Shown: positions 1 to 11,078, numbered from the stretch's first letter. The stretch: 44,394 nt of DNA from an uncultured Brevundimonas sp. (GCA_966210875.1 CBIHLR010000001.1:1-44394); one strand, 5' to 3'. Numbers and translations are program-made. Notes: generated by a model from the sequence alone, not told the origin.

Positions 1-883
1 GTGGAACCTGCTGGGGGCCCGGCCGGTGCAGGTGCTGGCCTACGAGAACTTCGGCAAGACGTGGGCCGCCGACGTCCGCGACCATCTGAAGCTCGCCCCC
101 GAGGTGCTGGAGGTCGACTTTGGCGCGCTTCCCGACCTGTCGCGCGTGCGGCCCGACTGCGACCTCGTCTTCGCCTGGAACGGCACCACCTCGGGGGTCC
201 GCGTGCCCGACGCCGGTTTCATCGCCGCCGGCCGAGATGGACTGACCATCTGCGACGCCACCTCGGCCGCCTTCGCCATGCCGCTGGAGTGGGACAAGCT
301 CGACACCACCACCTTCTCCTTCCAGAAGGCGCTCGGCGGTGACGCCGGCATCGGCGTGCTGGTCCTGTCGCCGCGCGCCGTCGAACGGCTCGACAGCCAC
401 GCCCCGGCCTGGCCGGTCCCCAAGGTCCTGCGCCTGCGCGACGCCCACGGCTTCGACCGCCAGCTGGCCGAGGCCGTGCCGATCAACACCTATTCCATCC
501 TCGCGCTGGAGGACTGGATGGCCTGCCTCGCCTGGGCCGAGGCGGTTGGCGGCCTGCCCGCCCTGGTCGCCCGCACCCAGGCGAACTTCCGCGTGCTGGC
601 CGACTGGGTCGAGCGCACCCCCTGGATCGACTTCCTCGCCCGCGATCCGGCGACGCGCTCCGAAACCTCCGTCTGTCTCCGTTTCACCGAGGACCGCGCC
701 CAGGCCGACGGCTTCGCCAGAGGCGTCGCCGCCTGGCTCAAGGACAAGGGCGCCGCGCTCGATGTCGAATCACACCGCGCCGCCCCGCCGGGCCTGCGCA
801 TCTGGTGCGGTGCGACGGTGGAGACCGAGGACGTGCGGGCCCTCCTGCCATGGCTCGACCTCGCCTATGCAGAGGCGCTTTGA
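1..883 (+). CDS. serC: phosphoserine aminotransferase (5' end outside window)
   Basis: The frame is open from the window edge (WNLLGARPVQVLAYENFG...). Motifs WNGTTSGV, ICDATSAAF, FSFQK (PLP lysine) and PPGLRIWCGATVE are typical of alphaproteobacterial SerC. Confidence 0.88.
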   Translation, partial: WNLLGARPVQVLAYENFGKTWAADVRDHLKLAPEVLEVDFGALPDLSRVRPDCDLVFAWNGTTSGVRVPDAGFIAAGRDGLTICDATSAAFAMPLEWDKLDTTTFSFQKALGGDAGIGVLVLSPRAVERLDSHAPAWPVPKVLRLRDAHGFDRQLAEAVPINTYSILALEDWMACLAWAEAVGGLPALVARTQANFRVLADWVERTPWIDFLARDPATRSETSVCLRFTEDRAQADGFARGVAAWLKDKGAALDVESHRAAPPGLRIWCGATVETEDVRALLPWLDLAYAEAL

Positions 884-934
884 CGCGGCCCCGGTTCAGG
901 CCATAACAGCGGTCGCATCTGACGAGGGCTGTTC

Positions 935-1552
935 ATGCGCAAGACCGTCTCCCTGGCCATCGCGGCCGCGACCCTGGCCGTGGCGGCTCCGGCCAGCGCC
1001 GGCGACCTCATGCTCGGCGTCTACGCCCACGACGTGACCTTCGTCGGCGAGGCCGTGGGGCTGGGCGCCGCGGGCAAGGAAGACGGGCAGAACATTCACC
1101 TGGGCTGGCGTTCGGACCGGCTGGACGGCTTCCCGTCCTGGATGCGCGGCCCGCGCGCCCACGTCTTCGTCTCGGGCAACACCGCCGGGGACACCAGCTA
1201 CATCGCCGCCGGCCTGAACTGGCATGTGCCGCTGACCGACGACGGCCGCGTCTATCTCCAGCCCGGCATCGGCCTGGCCGTGCACGACGGCTACGATGTC
1301 TTCCCGGACTACGCCGAGCCCAGCATCACGCCTGAGGAATTCGACCGTCGCGTCGCCCTGCGTTCCGAGCGGATCGAGTTCGGCTCCCAGGTGCTGTTCG
1401 AACCGGAAATCGCGATCGGCTATCGCCTGACCGACTCGACGGCGGTCGAGCTGTCCTACGTCCACCTCTCCAACGGGCAGATCTTCGCCCAGGGCAAGAA
1501 CGAGGGTCTGGACGAGGTCGGTATCCGGCTGGTCCACCGCTTCGGCGGCTGA
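935..1552 (+). CDS. acyloxyacyl hydrolase / lipid A 3-O-deacylase (PagL-like outer-membrane beta-barrel)
   Basis: Signal peptide, FGSQVLF motif, YVHLSNG (His-x-Ser catalytic motif), NEGLD, C-terminal beta-strand ending RF. Confidence 0.8.
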   Translation: MRKTVSLAIAAATLAVAAPASAGDLMLGVYAHDVTFVGEAVGLGAAGKEDGQNIHLGWRSDRLDGFPSWMRGPRAHVFVSGNTAGDTSYIAAGLNWHVPLTDDGRVYLQPGIGLAVHDGYDVFPDYAEPSITPEEFDRRVALRSERIEFGSQVLFEPEIAIGYRLTDSTAVELSYVHLSNGQIFAQGKNEGLDEVGIRLVHRFGG

Positions 1553-1613
1553 GGGGCGACAGGCGCCCTCCCCTCCGCTATACCGCCGCCGCATTCCTGC
1601 GGAGCATTGAGTC

Positions 1614-2909
<1,296 letters not shown>

Positions 2910-2911
2910 GG

Positions 2912-3058
2912 TCAAGCGTCCTCGTCCGCCTCGGGGTCTCCGTCAGGATCATGCGGCTGGGTGATCGACGGCGGATCGCTCGCTGGAAAGCTGTCTTCAA
3001 GCTCCTGATCGAGCTCCTTCTCAAGGCGATTCTGCTCGTCTGTCCTGGGGTCGGGCAT
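2912..3058 (-). CDS. small acidic protein with SFPASDPP motif (48 aa, not in ORF track)
   Basis: Manual translation MPDPRTDEQNRLEKELDQELEDSFPASDPPSITQPHDPDGDPEADEDA*; fills the purA-cleD gap exactly. Confidence 0.7.
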   Translation of the reverse strand: MPDPRTDEQNRLEKELDQELEDSFPASDPPSITQPHDPDGDPEADEDA

Positions 3059-3123
3059 GGCGAGAGTATGCGCCCAGTTCACCGTCAAGGCGATCTTTAC
3101 CGCGCGCCGTTACGCTTGCGGCC

Positions 3124-3933
3124 ATGTTGATCGACGATCCCAAGATCCTGACCCGGCTGGAGCCTGTCGTCCGGCGCATCATGATCATCGACGCCAATCT
3201 GGCGGCGTCGCGTCTGCTCACGGACCTGATGAAGGGCCTCGGAGCGCGCGAGGTGCTGGTCGAGCCCGACGAAAAGCGCGCCATGGAGCTGGCCCGCGAG
3301 TTCGAGCCCAGCCTGATCTTCGTGGAACGTCACGGCCCCCGTCTCGACGGCGAGGCCCTGGCGCGGCGTATCCGCCGCTCTCACCTGGCCTGCCGCCACG
3401 TCCCGATCATCATGGTCACGGCCGAGGCCACGGCCTCCAACATCAAGGGCGCGCGCGACGCCGGCGTCCACGAGTTCATGGTCAAGCCGTTCACCGCCGG
3501 CGACCTTGTCCGCCGCGTGATCAATGTCGCCACCAAGCCGCGCAACTGGGTCGAGGCCGTCGGCTACGTCGGCCCGGACCGGCGCCGCTTCAACTCCGGC
3601 GACTACAAGGGACCGAAGAAGCGGCGTGAGGAGTCCGCCGCCTCCTCGCCGGACAACTTCGACCTGCTCGATCAGGCCCGCCGCATTCTGGTGGCCGCGC
3701 TCGACCAGTTCGACCGCGATCCCATGCAGGCGCTGCGCGCCATCGCCGCCCAGGGCTCGGCGCTGAAGGCCTTTGCGGTGGGCGCCGGCCAGTCCCGCCT
3801 CGCAGTGGCGGCGGCGGAACTCGAAGGGGCGGCGTCCGCGCCCCAGGCGACGGTGAACCTCGTCAGAGGCCCGGCCGTGGCCGTGCTCACCCTGATCGCC
3901 CAGATGGCGGCCGAAGGCGGCCGCGCGGCCTAG
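3124..3933 (+). CDS. cleD: CheY-like c-di-GMP effector (Cle family, CleD-like) response regulator
   Basis: Receiver fold with Glu at the phosphoacceptor position (SLIFVE), followed by tandem Arg-rich motifs YVGPDRRR and YKGPKKRR. Lies between purA and rpoH. Confidence 0.75.
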   Translation: MLIDDPKILTRLEPVVRRIMIIDANLAASRLLTDLMKGLGAREVLVEPDEKRAMELAREFEPSLIFVERHGPRLDGEALARRIRRSHLACRHVPIIMVTAEATASNIKGARDAGVHEFMVKPFTAGDLVRRVINVATKPRNWVEAVGYVGPDRRRFNSGDYKGPKKRREESAASSPDNFDLLDQARRILVAALDQFDRDPMQALRAIAAQGSALKAFAVGAGQSRLAVAAAELEGAASAPQATVNLVRGPAVAVLTLIAQMAAEGGRAA

Positions 3934-4817
3934 GCCTCGACGAGCTGCCGGTCGACGGCGGCAGCGCGCATCGCCTTCTGCAGCTTTTCGAACGCCCGGA
4001 CCTCGATCTGGCGCACGCGTTCACGCGACACGCCGTATTGGCCGGCCAGCTCCTCAAGCGTCAGCGGATCCTCGATCAGCCGGCGCTGCGTCAGGATGTG
4101 GCGCTCGCGCTCGTTCAGCTCCTGCATGGCTTCCTGCAGCAGCTCCATGCGCAGCGTGTGCTCTTCGCTTTCCGCCAGCTGGGTCTCCTGGCTGACGGCG
4201 TTGTCGTCGGCCAGCCAGTCCTGCCACTCGCTCTCGCCGTCCGCGCGCATCGGAGCGTTCAGCGAAGCGTCGCCACCCGACAGGCGGCGGTTCATGGAGG
4301 TGACTTCTTCTTCCGTCACGCCCAGCTTGGTCGCGATCTGCGACAGGTGTTCGGGGTGCAGGTCGCCTTCCTCGAAGGCCGAGATCTGGCTCTTGGCCTT
4401 GCGCAGGTTGAAGAACAGCTTCTTCTGCGCGGCGGTGGTGCCCATCTTCACGAGCGACCAGCTGCGCAGGATGTATTCCTGGATCGAGGCGCGAATCCAC
4501 CACATGGCGTAGGTCGCCAGGCGGAAGCCCTTGTCCGGATCGAATTTCTTGACCGCCTGCATCAGGCCGACGTTGCCCTCGGAGATCACCTCGCCGATCG
4601 GCAGGCCGTAGCCGCGGTAGCCCATGGCGATCTTGGCCACGAGACGCAGGTGCGAGGTCACCAGCTTGTGGGCGGCCTCGGTGTCCTGGTGCTCGGTCCA
4701 ACGCTTGGCCAGCATGAACTCGTCGTCCTTGCTGAGCATGGGAAACTTGCGGATTTCAGTCAGGTAGCGCGACAGTCCCTGTTCAGGCGACATGATCGCG
4801 ATCGAATTAACGGCCAT
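3930..4817 (-). CDS. rpoH: RNA polymerase sigma-32 factor
   Basis: Start MAVNSIAIMSPEQGL (295 aa). RpoH box TTAAQKKLFFNLRK; region 2 FRLATYAMWWIRASIQEY; region 4 GVSRERVRQIE. Confidence 0.97.
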   Translation of the reverse strand: MAVNSIAIMSPEQGLSRYLTEIRKFPMLSKDDEFMLAKRWTEHQDTEAAHKLVTSHLRLVAKIAMGYRGYGLPIGEVISEGNVGLMQAVKKFDPDKGFRLATYAMWWIRASIQEYILRSWSLVKMGTTAAQKKLFFNLRKAKSQISAFEEGDLHPEHLSQIATKLGVTEEEVTSMNRRLSGGDASLNAPMRADGESEWQDWLADDNAVSQETQLAESEEHTLRMELLQEAMQELNERERHILTQRRLIEDPLTLEELAGQYGVSRERVRQIEVRAFEKLQKAMRAAAVDRQLVEA

Positions 4818-4904
4818 TGGACCCCTCGTTTTCCGTCCCTTGCGAGCGAGCTGATCGGCCCTGACCACGGATTGTGCATCCGGGCCTCGCCCCTCAACCG
4901 GACA

Positions 4905-4932
4905 ATCTGGTGATTGGTTTCGCGGGTTCAAA
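4905..4932 (-). promoter_or_regulatory. putative sigma-32 (autoregulatory) promoter of rpoH
   Basis: Minus strand TTTGAA-N16-CCAGAT, resembling the alphaproteobacterial sigma-32 consensus, about 90 bp upstream of rpoH. Confidence 0.4.
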
Positions 4933-5103
4933 GGCCACGCTCGGCGAAATCGAGCCGGCCCGTGACTTTTCCGCGCCACCTCACCTGACGGACGTATACG
5001 CCACCGTCCGTCCTTTTTCAAGACGGACCTGCGCGCGGGTCGGCAAACCTCCCCTTAAGCATTCCCTTTCACCATGCCGGCCTCACACAGGTTCGGGCCT
5101 TCC

Positions 5104-5976
5104 ATGTTCCAGATCATCGGCATCGTGCTTCTGTTCGCCATGGTGTTCGGCAGCTACATGCTGGCCGGCGGCAACTTCGGCGTCATCCTGCACGCCCTGC
5201 CCCACGAGATGATGGCCATCGGCGGGGCGGCGATCGCCGCCTTTCTCATCTCGAACAACGGCTCGGTCATCAAGGCGACGCTGGGCGGCCTGGGCAAGTC
5301 GTTCGCGGGCCCGAAGTGGAAGGCTTCCGACTACCGCGACCTGCTCAGCCTGCTCTTCCAGCTGACCAAGACGATGAAGTCCAAGGGCGTCATCGCGCTG
5401 GAAAGCCACATCGAGAACCCGAAGGAATCCGCGATCTTCACGCGCTTCCCGAAGATCATGAAGGACCACTTCGCCATCGACTTCATCTGCGACACGCTGC
5501 GGATGATGACCATGAACCTGGAGGATCCCCACCAGGTCGAGGACGCGATGGAGAAGCAGCTCGAGAAGCACCACCATGAGGCGCTCGCGCCGGCGCACGC
5601 GCTCCAGAACATGGCTGACGCCCTGCCGGCGCTGGGCATTGTCGCGGCCGTGCTCGGCGTCATCAAGACCATGGGTTCGATCACCGAGCCCCCCGAGGTG
5701 CTGGGCGGAATGATCGGCGGCGCCCTGGTCGGCACCTTCCTCGGCGTGTTCCTGGCCTATGGCCTGGTCGGCCCCATCGCGGCGCGGCTGAAGTCGATCG
5801 TCGAGGAGGAAGGCGCCTTCTACAAGATCATCCAGTCGGTCCTCGTCGCCCACCTGCACGGCAACGCCGCGCAGATCTCAGTGGAGCTCGGCCGCACCGA
5901 CATTCCGAGCCCCGCCCAGCCCACTTTCGCCCAGCTGGAAGAGGCCCTGGCCGCGGAGCCCGCGGTCGCCGCCTAA
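5104..5976 (+). CDS. motA: flagellar motor stator protein MotA
   Basis: MFQIIGIVLLF..., ADALPALGIVAAVLGVIKTM, GGALVGTFLGVFLAYG, AQISVELGR. Confidence 0.95.
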   Translation: MFQIIGIVLLFAMVFGSYMLAGGNFGVILHALPHEMMAIGGAAIAAFLISNNGSVIKATLGGLGKSFAGPKWKASDYRDLLSLLFQLTKTMKSKGVIALESHIENPKESAIFTRFPKIMKDHFAIDFICDTLRMMTMNLEDPHQVEDAMEKQLEKHHHEALAPAHALQNMADALPALGIVAAVLGVIKTMGSITEPPEVLGGMIGGALVGTFLGVFLAYGLVGPIAARLKSIVEEEGAFYKIIQSVLVAHLHGNAAQISVELGRTDIPSPAQPTFAQLEEALAAEPAVAA

Positions 5977-6081
5977 TCACGGCTTCGTGATTCCCCGCTT
6001 GCTACGCCGTTCAATTCGGCGTTACCTCCCCGACGCGGGTGTCATGAGCCCGCGATAAAAATCCCTTGGGAAGGAACACTC

Positions 6082-6345
6082 ATGATCATCCGTAAGCTCC
6101 TGATCGCTTCGATCGGCGTCGCCGCTCTGTCCGTCGCCGCCTGCCAGCCGGCCGCTGAAGACGCCGCCACCGACACCGAAGTCGCCGCCGAGTCCGCTGA
6201 AGACGCGGCCGATGACGCCGCCGCCGCCGCCGGCGAAGCCGCCGACGACGCCGCCATGGCCGCCGGTGAGGCCGCCGAAGAAGCCGGTGACGCCATGACC
6301 GAAACCCCGGCCGAAGACGCCGCCGAGGAAGCCCCGGCTCAATAA
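6082..6345 (+). CDS. small acidic Ala-rich lipoprotein
   Basis: RBS GGAAGGAA; lipobox LSVAAC; mature part almost entirely A/E/D/T; followed by a terminator. Confidence 0.75.
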   Translation: MIIRKLLIASIGVAALSVAACQPAAEDAATDTEVAAESAEDAADDAAAAAGEAADDAAMAAGEAAEEAGDAMTETPAEDAAEEAPAQ

Positions 6346-6376
6346 TCCCCACGCGCAATCGCGCGACTGGATTAGG

Positions 6377-6406
6377 AAGGGGTCGCTCGCCGGGCGGCCC
6401 CTTTTT
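6377..6406 (+). terminator. rho-independent terminator
   Basis: aaggggtcgctc-gcc-gggcggcccctt hairpin followed by a T-tract. Confidence 0.75.
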
Positions 6407-6421
6407 CCGTTTCGCCAGACC

Positions 6422-8194
6422 GTGACCGAACCTCTCCTGCCCGCCGACCTCGACTGGACCGCCGACGAGGCGCCCAGGTCTCGCACTTTCGGCGACGTCT
6501 ATTTCTCCGCCGAAGGCGGGCTCGATGAGACCCGCGCGGTCTTCCTGGCCGGCTGCGGGCTCCCCGACGCCTGGGTGGGACGGGACTGTTTCGTCCTCGC
6601 CGAAACGGGCTTCGGCACCGGCCTCAACATCATGGCCGCGCTCGACCTGTGGCGGCGAACCCGCAAGCCCGAAGCGCGCCTGCGCGTTTTTTCGGTCGAG
6701 GCCCACCCCCTGCTGCGCGAGGACGCCCGGCGCGCCCATGCCGCCTGGCCGGAACTGGCCGAGATCTCGGCGGCGCTGCTCGAGCAGTGGCCGGCCCCGA
6801 CCCCCGGCTTCCACCGCATCGACCTGCCCCAATGGGGCGCGACCATCGACCTCGGTCACGGCGAGGCGGCCGAGATGCTGGCCGCCTGGCAGGGTCGGGC
6901 CGACGCGTGGTTCCTGGACGGCTTCGCCCCGGCCCTCAACCCGAAGATGTGGCGCGAGGAGGTGCTGAACCTGGTCGCCGCGCGCTCTGCGCCTGGTGCC
7001 CGCCTGGCCAGTTTCACCGTCGCCGGCGGCGTCCGGCGCGGTCTCGCCGCCGCCGGCTTCTCCGTCGAGAAGAAACCCGGGTACGGCCGAAAGCGCGAGC
7101 GCCTCGAGGCGACCCGGCCGGGCTCTCCAGCCCTGGCGCGGAAGCCGGAGGTTTTGATCATCGGCGCGGGCGTCGCCGGCGCCGCTCTCGCCCGGGCGTT
7201 CTCTCAGCTCGGCTGCCCAGCGACGGTCGTCGAGGCCATCTCTCCCGGCGCGGCCGCCTCCGGCGCGCCCGCGGCCCTGGTCACGCCCCGCCTCGACGCT
7301 GGCCTGGGACCGGTCGCCGACCTCGGCGCCCAGGCCTTCCAACGCGCTGTCGCGCTCTATCGCGAAACCGCTGGGGCGGTCCTTGCTCGGGGGGTGCTGC
7401 GTCTGGCCCGCGATGACCGGGACGCCGGACGCCTCGCGCGGATCGCGGACCAGCCGCTCTGGCCGCCCGAGGCGCTCGATCCGCTGGGGCCCGCCGACGC
7501 GTCCGACCGCCTGGGCGAGCCCACGGATCGCGCCGGCCTCTGGATGGCGGACGCGCTGACGGTCGAGCCCGCCGTCGTGTTGGAGACCTGGCTGAGCGGC
7601 TCGACGGTCCGGCGCGCGGAGGTCATTGAGGTCGAGGCTGGGGTCCGGCCCGCGGTCCGTCTGGCCGACGGCGGGCGGCTGGAAGCCGACGCCGTCGTCC
7701 TCGCGGCCGGCTGGGCCTCGGTCGCCCTCGGCGCCGCGGGATTGAAGCCTGTTCGCGGCCAGCTGGCCTGGTTCGACGGCCCACCACCGACCCCCGCCGT
7801 ATGGGGCGCGGGCTATGCGGTACCGACCCGCTCAGGCGTCCTCGTCGGCGCGACCCATGATCGCGGCCGGACCGACACTGTTCCGGACGCCGGCGACCAG
7901 GCCCAACTCCTGGATCGGCTGACCCAGGTGCGCCCGGGGCTGGCGCGGGGGCTGGACCCGCGGACGGGCCGCTCTCGGGCGGCGGTCAGGGCGGCCACGC
8001 CGGACCACCTTCCGCTGTGCGGGCCGCTGGCCGATGGCTTGTGGTGCCTCACCGGGCTCGGTGGACGCGGCTTCGCCTGGGCTCCGCTGCTGGCCGAGCA
8101 TCTGGCAGCAACAGTCGTCGGCGCGCCGTCGCCCCTGCCGGGACCGCTTGTCGATCTGGTCCATCCCATGCGACCCTCCGCCTCGGGGAGCTGA
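6422..8194 (+). CDS. mnmC: tRNA mnm5s2U34 biosynthesis bifunctional methyltransferase / FAD oxidoreductase
   Basis: N-terminal FGDVYFS, ETGFGTGLN, WFLDGFAPALNPKMW; C-terminal IIGAGVAG FAD motif, RAATPDHLP, GLGGRG. Confidence 0.93.
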   Translation: MTEPLLPADLDWTADEAPRSRTFGDVYFSAEGGLDETRAVFLAGCGLPDAWVGRDCFVLAETGFGTGLNIMAALDLWRRTRKPEARLRVFSVEAHPLLREDARRAHAAWPELAEISAALLEQWPAPTPGFHRIDLPQWGATIDLGHGEAAEMLAAWQGRADAWFLDGFAPALNPKMWREEVLNLVAARSAPGARLASFTVAGGVRRGLAAAGFSVEKKPGYGRKRERLEATRPGSPALARKPEVLIIGAGVAGAALARAFSQLGCPATVVEAISPGAAASGAPAALVTPRLDAGLGPVADLGAQAFQRAVALYRETAGAVLARGVLRLARDDRDAGRLARIADQPLWPPEALDPLGPADASDRLGEPTDRAGLWMADALTVEPAVVLETWLSGSTVRRAEVIEVEAGVRPAVRLADGGRLEADAVVLAAGWASVALGAAGLKPVRGQLAWFDGPPPTPAVWGAGYAVPTRSGVLVGATHDRGRTDTVPDAGDQAQLLDRLTQVRPGLARGLDPRTGRSRAAVRAATPDHLPLCGPLADGLWCLTGLGGRGFAWAPLLAEHLAATVVGAPSPLPGPLVDLVHPMRPSASGS

Positions 8195-8245
8195 CAGAAC
8201 TTTCAAGGCGGACGGCGCCTCGCCGTTCCCACCCGGAGAGCCGAG

Positions 8246-8629
8246 ATGAAAACGCCGCTGGCCCTGAGCGCCCTGTTGCTGACCGCCGCCTGCACCCCGA
8301 CGCCGGGCATGGATGGCCCGCGCGAGCCGCGGCAGTGCTTCTTTGTCAGCGAGGTGGATTCGTTCGCCTCCTCCGACGACCGTGTCGTCTACGTCCGGAC
8401 CGGTCGAGACGAGGTGTTCCGCCTCGACACCTTCGGCTGCAACAACGTGGACTGGTCTCAATCGATCGGCATCCAGGCTCGCGGTGGCGGCTCGAGCGTG
8501 TGCTCCGGCTTTGACGCCGAGCTCATCGTCCCCGGCATCGGATCGGGCCCTCGCTCCTGCCCAGTCACCGGCGTGCGCCGCCTGACCGAGGCCGAGGTCG
8601 CCGCGCTCGACGAGCGCGACCGGCCCTGA
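8246..8629 (+). CDS. Cys-containing lipoprotein (DUF6491-like)
   Basis: Lipobox LTAAC; RQCFF...C...VCSG...CPV pattern; ends LDERDRP. Confidence 0.65.
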   Translation: MKTPLALSALLLTAACTPTPGMDGPREPRQCFFVSEVDSFASSDDRVVYVRTGRDEVFRLDTFGCNNVDWSQSIGIQARGGGSSVCSGFDAELIVPGIGSGPRSCPVTGVRRLTEAEVAALDERDRP

Positions 8630-8730
8630 TGAAACCCGGAGTTTTTCTCAGACTTTCCTGCTACCTCCGATGAGTCGCGCCTGATCTTGGCCTACGCCTA
8701 ACCTGCGGCCAGGGGCGCGTCCCCGCAGCT

Positions 8731-10842
8731 GTGCGCGGGGGCGTGATATTGCTGGACCAATGGCACGACGCTGACTGGCAGGAGCCTGCCGTCACGGAAC
8801 GCCGAGCGTTCGAGATGGTCCGCGCAGCGCGTCTGGAAACAGACGCCATTCGCTACTTCGCTTTCCCGTGGGCCACCCTCATCGATCGCATGGCTTCGCG
8901 CCATGCCGATGAGCAGCCGCTGCTGGACGCGCTCGTGAAGATGTCCAAGACCGCGCGCCGCGCGCCCCGGGTCGTGACGGTCTGCCAGCACATCCGGATG
9001 CTCGAGTTCCGGCACCTGTTCGAGATGGCGCGGGTGACGGACGTTTTCTGGAGCCATGCGATCAGGGGCCGGCCACGCTGGGGCGGCAATCGACCGATCA
9101 ATCTCCATCCCTTTCCGCTCTATCCGGTCCAGTCGCCGGTGGTGCAGACCTTCTCCGACACCGAGCGCCGCCCGCTGCTGTTCAACTTCATCGGAGCGGT
9201 CGAGAACAGCTGGTACCTCACCGATGTACGCCAGTGGATCGCCAGGCACCTGGCGCGCGAACCGAACGGCAGCGTCATCCTTCGTCGAGGCTGGCACTAT
9301 CAGCGCGCGGTCTACGAGCATCAGGTCAAAGGCCTGGCGCCGGATGGCGAGCCCCTGACCGACGCTGAGGCCGAGGCGGAGTTCGCCCGCGCCCTGAAGC
9401 GTTCCACCTTCACCCTGTGCCCGTCCGGCTCAGGACCAAACTCCATCAGGCTGTGGGAAGCCATCGGTCACGGCTCCATCCCGGTCATCCTCTCGGACAC
9501 CCTGGCGCTTCCGGGCCCGGAGGAGCTCTGGCGCGAGGCGGCCGTGTTCTGCGAGGAAACCGAGGCGGCCGTGAGTCAGCTGCCGGCCCGGCTCGCCGAG
9601 CTGGCGGCCGATCCAGTAGCGATCGCGCACCGCCGCAGGGCCCTGCGGCAACTATGGTCCCTGTACGGCCCCCTGAACTTTGCGCATGACATACGGTCTC
9701 TCGCGCTTCGGGAGGCGACGCCGGAGCCCGCGCCCGCGCCAGCCTTCAACACCGTCAGGCGACCCAGGATTTGTCTGTTCGGCCGGCACGCCAACCGCAC
9801 ACCTTTCGCCTATCCGCCCTATCGCGCCCTGCTCGAAGACGCGATCGACTACGTCGAGGACCCCGCCGTGGCCGACGCCGTCATTCTCGGGTTCGAAATC
9901 GACATCCGCGACAGTTTCGAAGTCCTTGCCCGGCTCAAGGCCGACAGGCCGCAGCTCCTTCTTGCGGTCGTGTCTGAGGAGCCGTTGTGGGACACCGTCT
10001 GGTCGCATTCCCTCACGCCCTCGCGCGCCGTGCTGAGCCGCAATGGCGAGACCCTCGAGTTCGCGCGCGTGAACCATGCGAACTCGGACGTCTTCGACTT
10101 CGACGCCATCCCCTACTTCCTGACGACGGACGACGCCTACTTCGTCCGCTACGGGGCATGGTTTTGCCGAAACGCCTGGCGGCCGGGCTCGCACTATCTG
10201 AAGGTCTGGGAGCGCGCGCCGGTGCGCGTGGCCTTCATGGCCGAGAAGCGGGACAAGAAGGTCTACGACATCCAGCATCCTGAAGCCCGCGTGTGGGGCC
10301 TCAGCGCATACCGCACGGCGGTGGCGCAAGGCGTCGTCGGACCAGACGTGCTTCGCGCCGGCAGAGGCTGGGACGACGCCGACTTCCGACGACAGGACCT
10401 CGTCGACTGGCGCCTCGACAAGATGGCGCGACTGGACGGCCAGGCCTTCATGGTCTCCGCGATGGAGAACACGCACCATCGGCAGTACGTCACCGAAAAA
10501 CTGTTCGACGCCTACGCCGCCAGGGCCTTCCCCCTCTATGTCGCGTCGCCCGGGCACAGGGTGTTCGATCTCGCCGGCGATAGCTTTCTAAACTTGCACG
10601 GCCTCACGCCTGGCGAGGCCGTCGCAAAGATCGAAGCCCTGTCACCGGATCAGGTCTGCCTGGACAGCTACGTCGCGACCCAGCACAGGCTCGCAGACCT
10701 ATTCAGACGCCCGGCCCTGCTGGCCCACGAACGGCGACGCGTGGCGCGTAAAGTACGGGAGGCGCTCAGTCAGCATCTGGACCTGAGCCAGGCCGAGCAG
10801 CCTGCGATGTCCGATGCAACGCCGATGGCGATGCCCGGCTAG
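8731..10842 (+). CDS. two-domain glycosyltransferase: exostosin (GT47)-like N-half plus GT10 (fucosyltransferase)-like C-half
   Basis: STFTLCPSGSGPNSIRLWEAIGHGSIPVILSD (GT47 signature) and SAMENTHHRQYVTEKLFDAY (GT10-type motif). Start codon uncertain (8731 or 8743). Confidence 0.7.
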   Translation: MRGGVILLDQWHDADWQEPAVTERRAFEMVRAARLETDAIRYFAFPWATLIDRMASRHADEQPLLDALVKMSKTARRAPRVVTVCQHIRMLEFRHLFEMARVTDVFWSHAIRGRPRWGGNRPINLHPFPLYPVQSPVVQTFSDTERRPLLFNFIGAVENSWYLTDVRQWIARHLAREPNGSVILRRGWHYQRAVYEHQVKGLAPDGEPLTDAEAEAEFARALKRSTFTLCPSGSGPNSIRLWEAIGHGSIPVILSDTLALPGPEELWREAAVFCEETEAAVSQLPARLAELAADPVAIAHRRRALRQLWSLYGPLNFAHDIRSLALREATPEPAPAPAFNTVRRPRICLFGRHANRTPFAYPPYRALLEDAIDYVEDPAVADAVILGFEIDIRDSFEVLARLKADRPQLLLAVVSEEPLWDTVWSHSLTPSRAVLSRNGETLEFARVNHANSDVFDFDAIPYFLTTDDAYFVRYGAWFCRNAWRPGSHYLKVWERAPVRVAFMAEKRDKKVYDIQHPEARVWGLSAYRTAVAQGVVGPDVLRAGRGWDDADFRRQDLVDWRLDKMARLDGQAFMVSAMENTHHRQYVTEKLFDAYAARAFPLYVASPGHRVFDLAGDSFLNLHGLTPGEAVAKIEALSPDQVCLDSYVATQHRLADLFRRPALLAHERRRVARKVREALSQHLDLSQAEQPAMSDATPMAMPG

Positions 10843-10938
10843 ATTTCCGCACTGCGGCCACCGCCCCGACGCAGACCCCACCCTGCGACGGCCGGGCCCT
10901 CACAGCCGGAGTAACCGACCTACTCACCTTGCAGGAAA

Positions 10939-11013
<75 letters not shown>

Positions 11014-11042
11014 CCGGGGCCGCTTCGGTGAGCGGAGGCGGG

Positions 11043-11072
11043 TCTATAGCCCGCCCGCTCCGCCGCCTGCAA
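11043..11072 (-). promoter_or_regulatory. putative sigma-70 promoter of tRNA-Val
   Basis: Minus strand TTGCAG-N18-TATAGA (GCTATAGACC, Caulobacter-type -10). Confidence 0.5.
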
Positions 11073-11078
11073 GGGGTG

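Noticed and set aside
5044-6025. CtrA boxes upstream of motA (CAAA-N7-TTAA at 5044) and of the lipoprotein gene (TCAA-N7-TTAC at 6011)
   Set aside because: Each matches only 6 of 8 positions of TTAA-N7-TTAA; plausible but not supportable without data.
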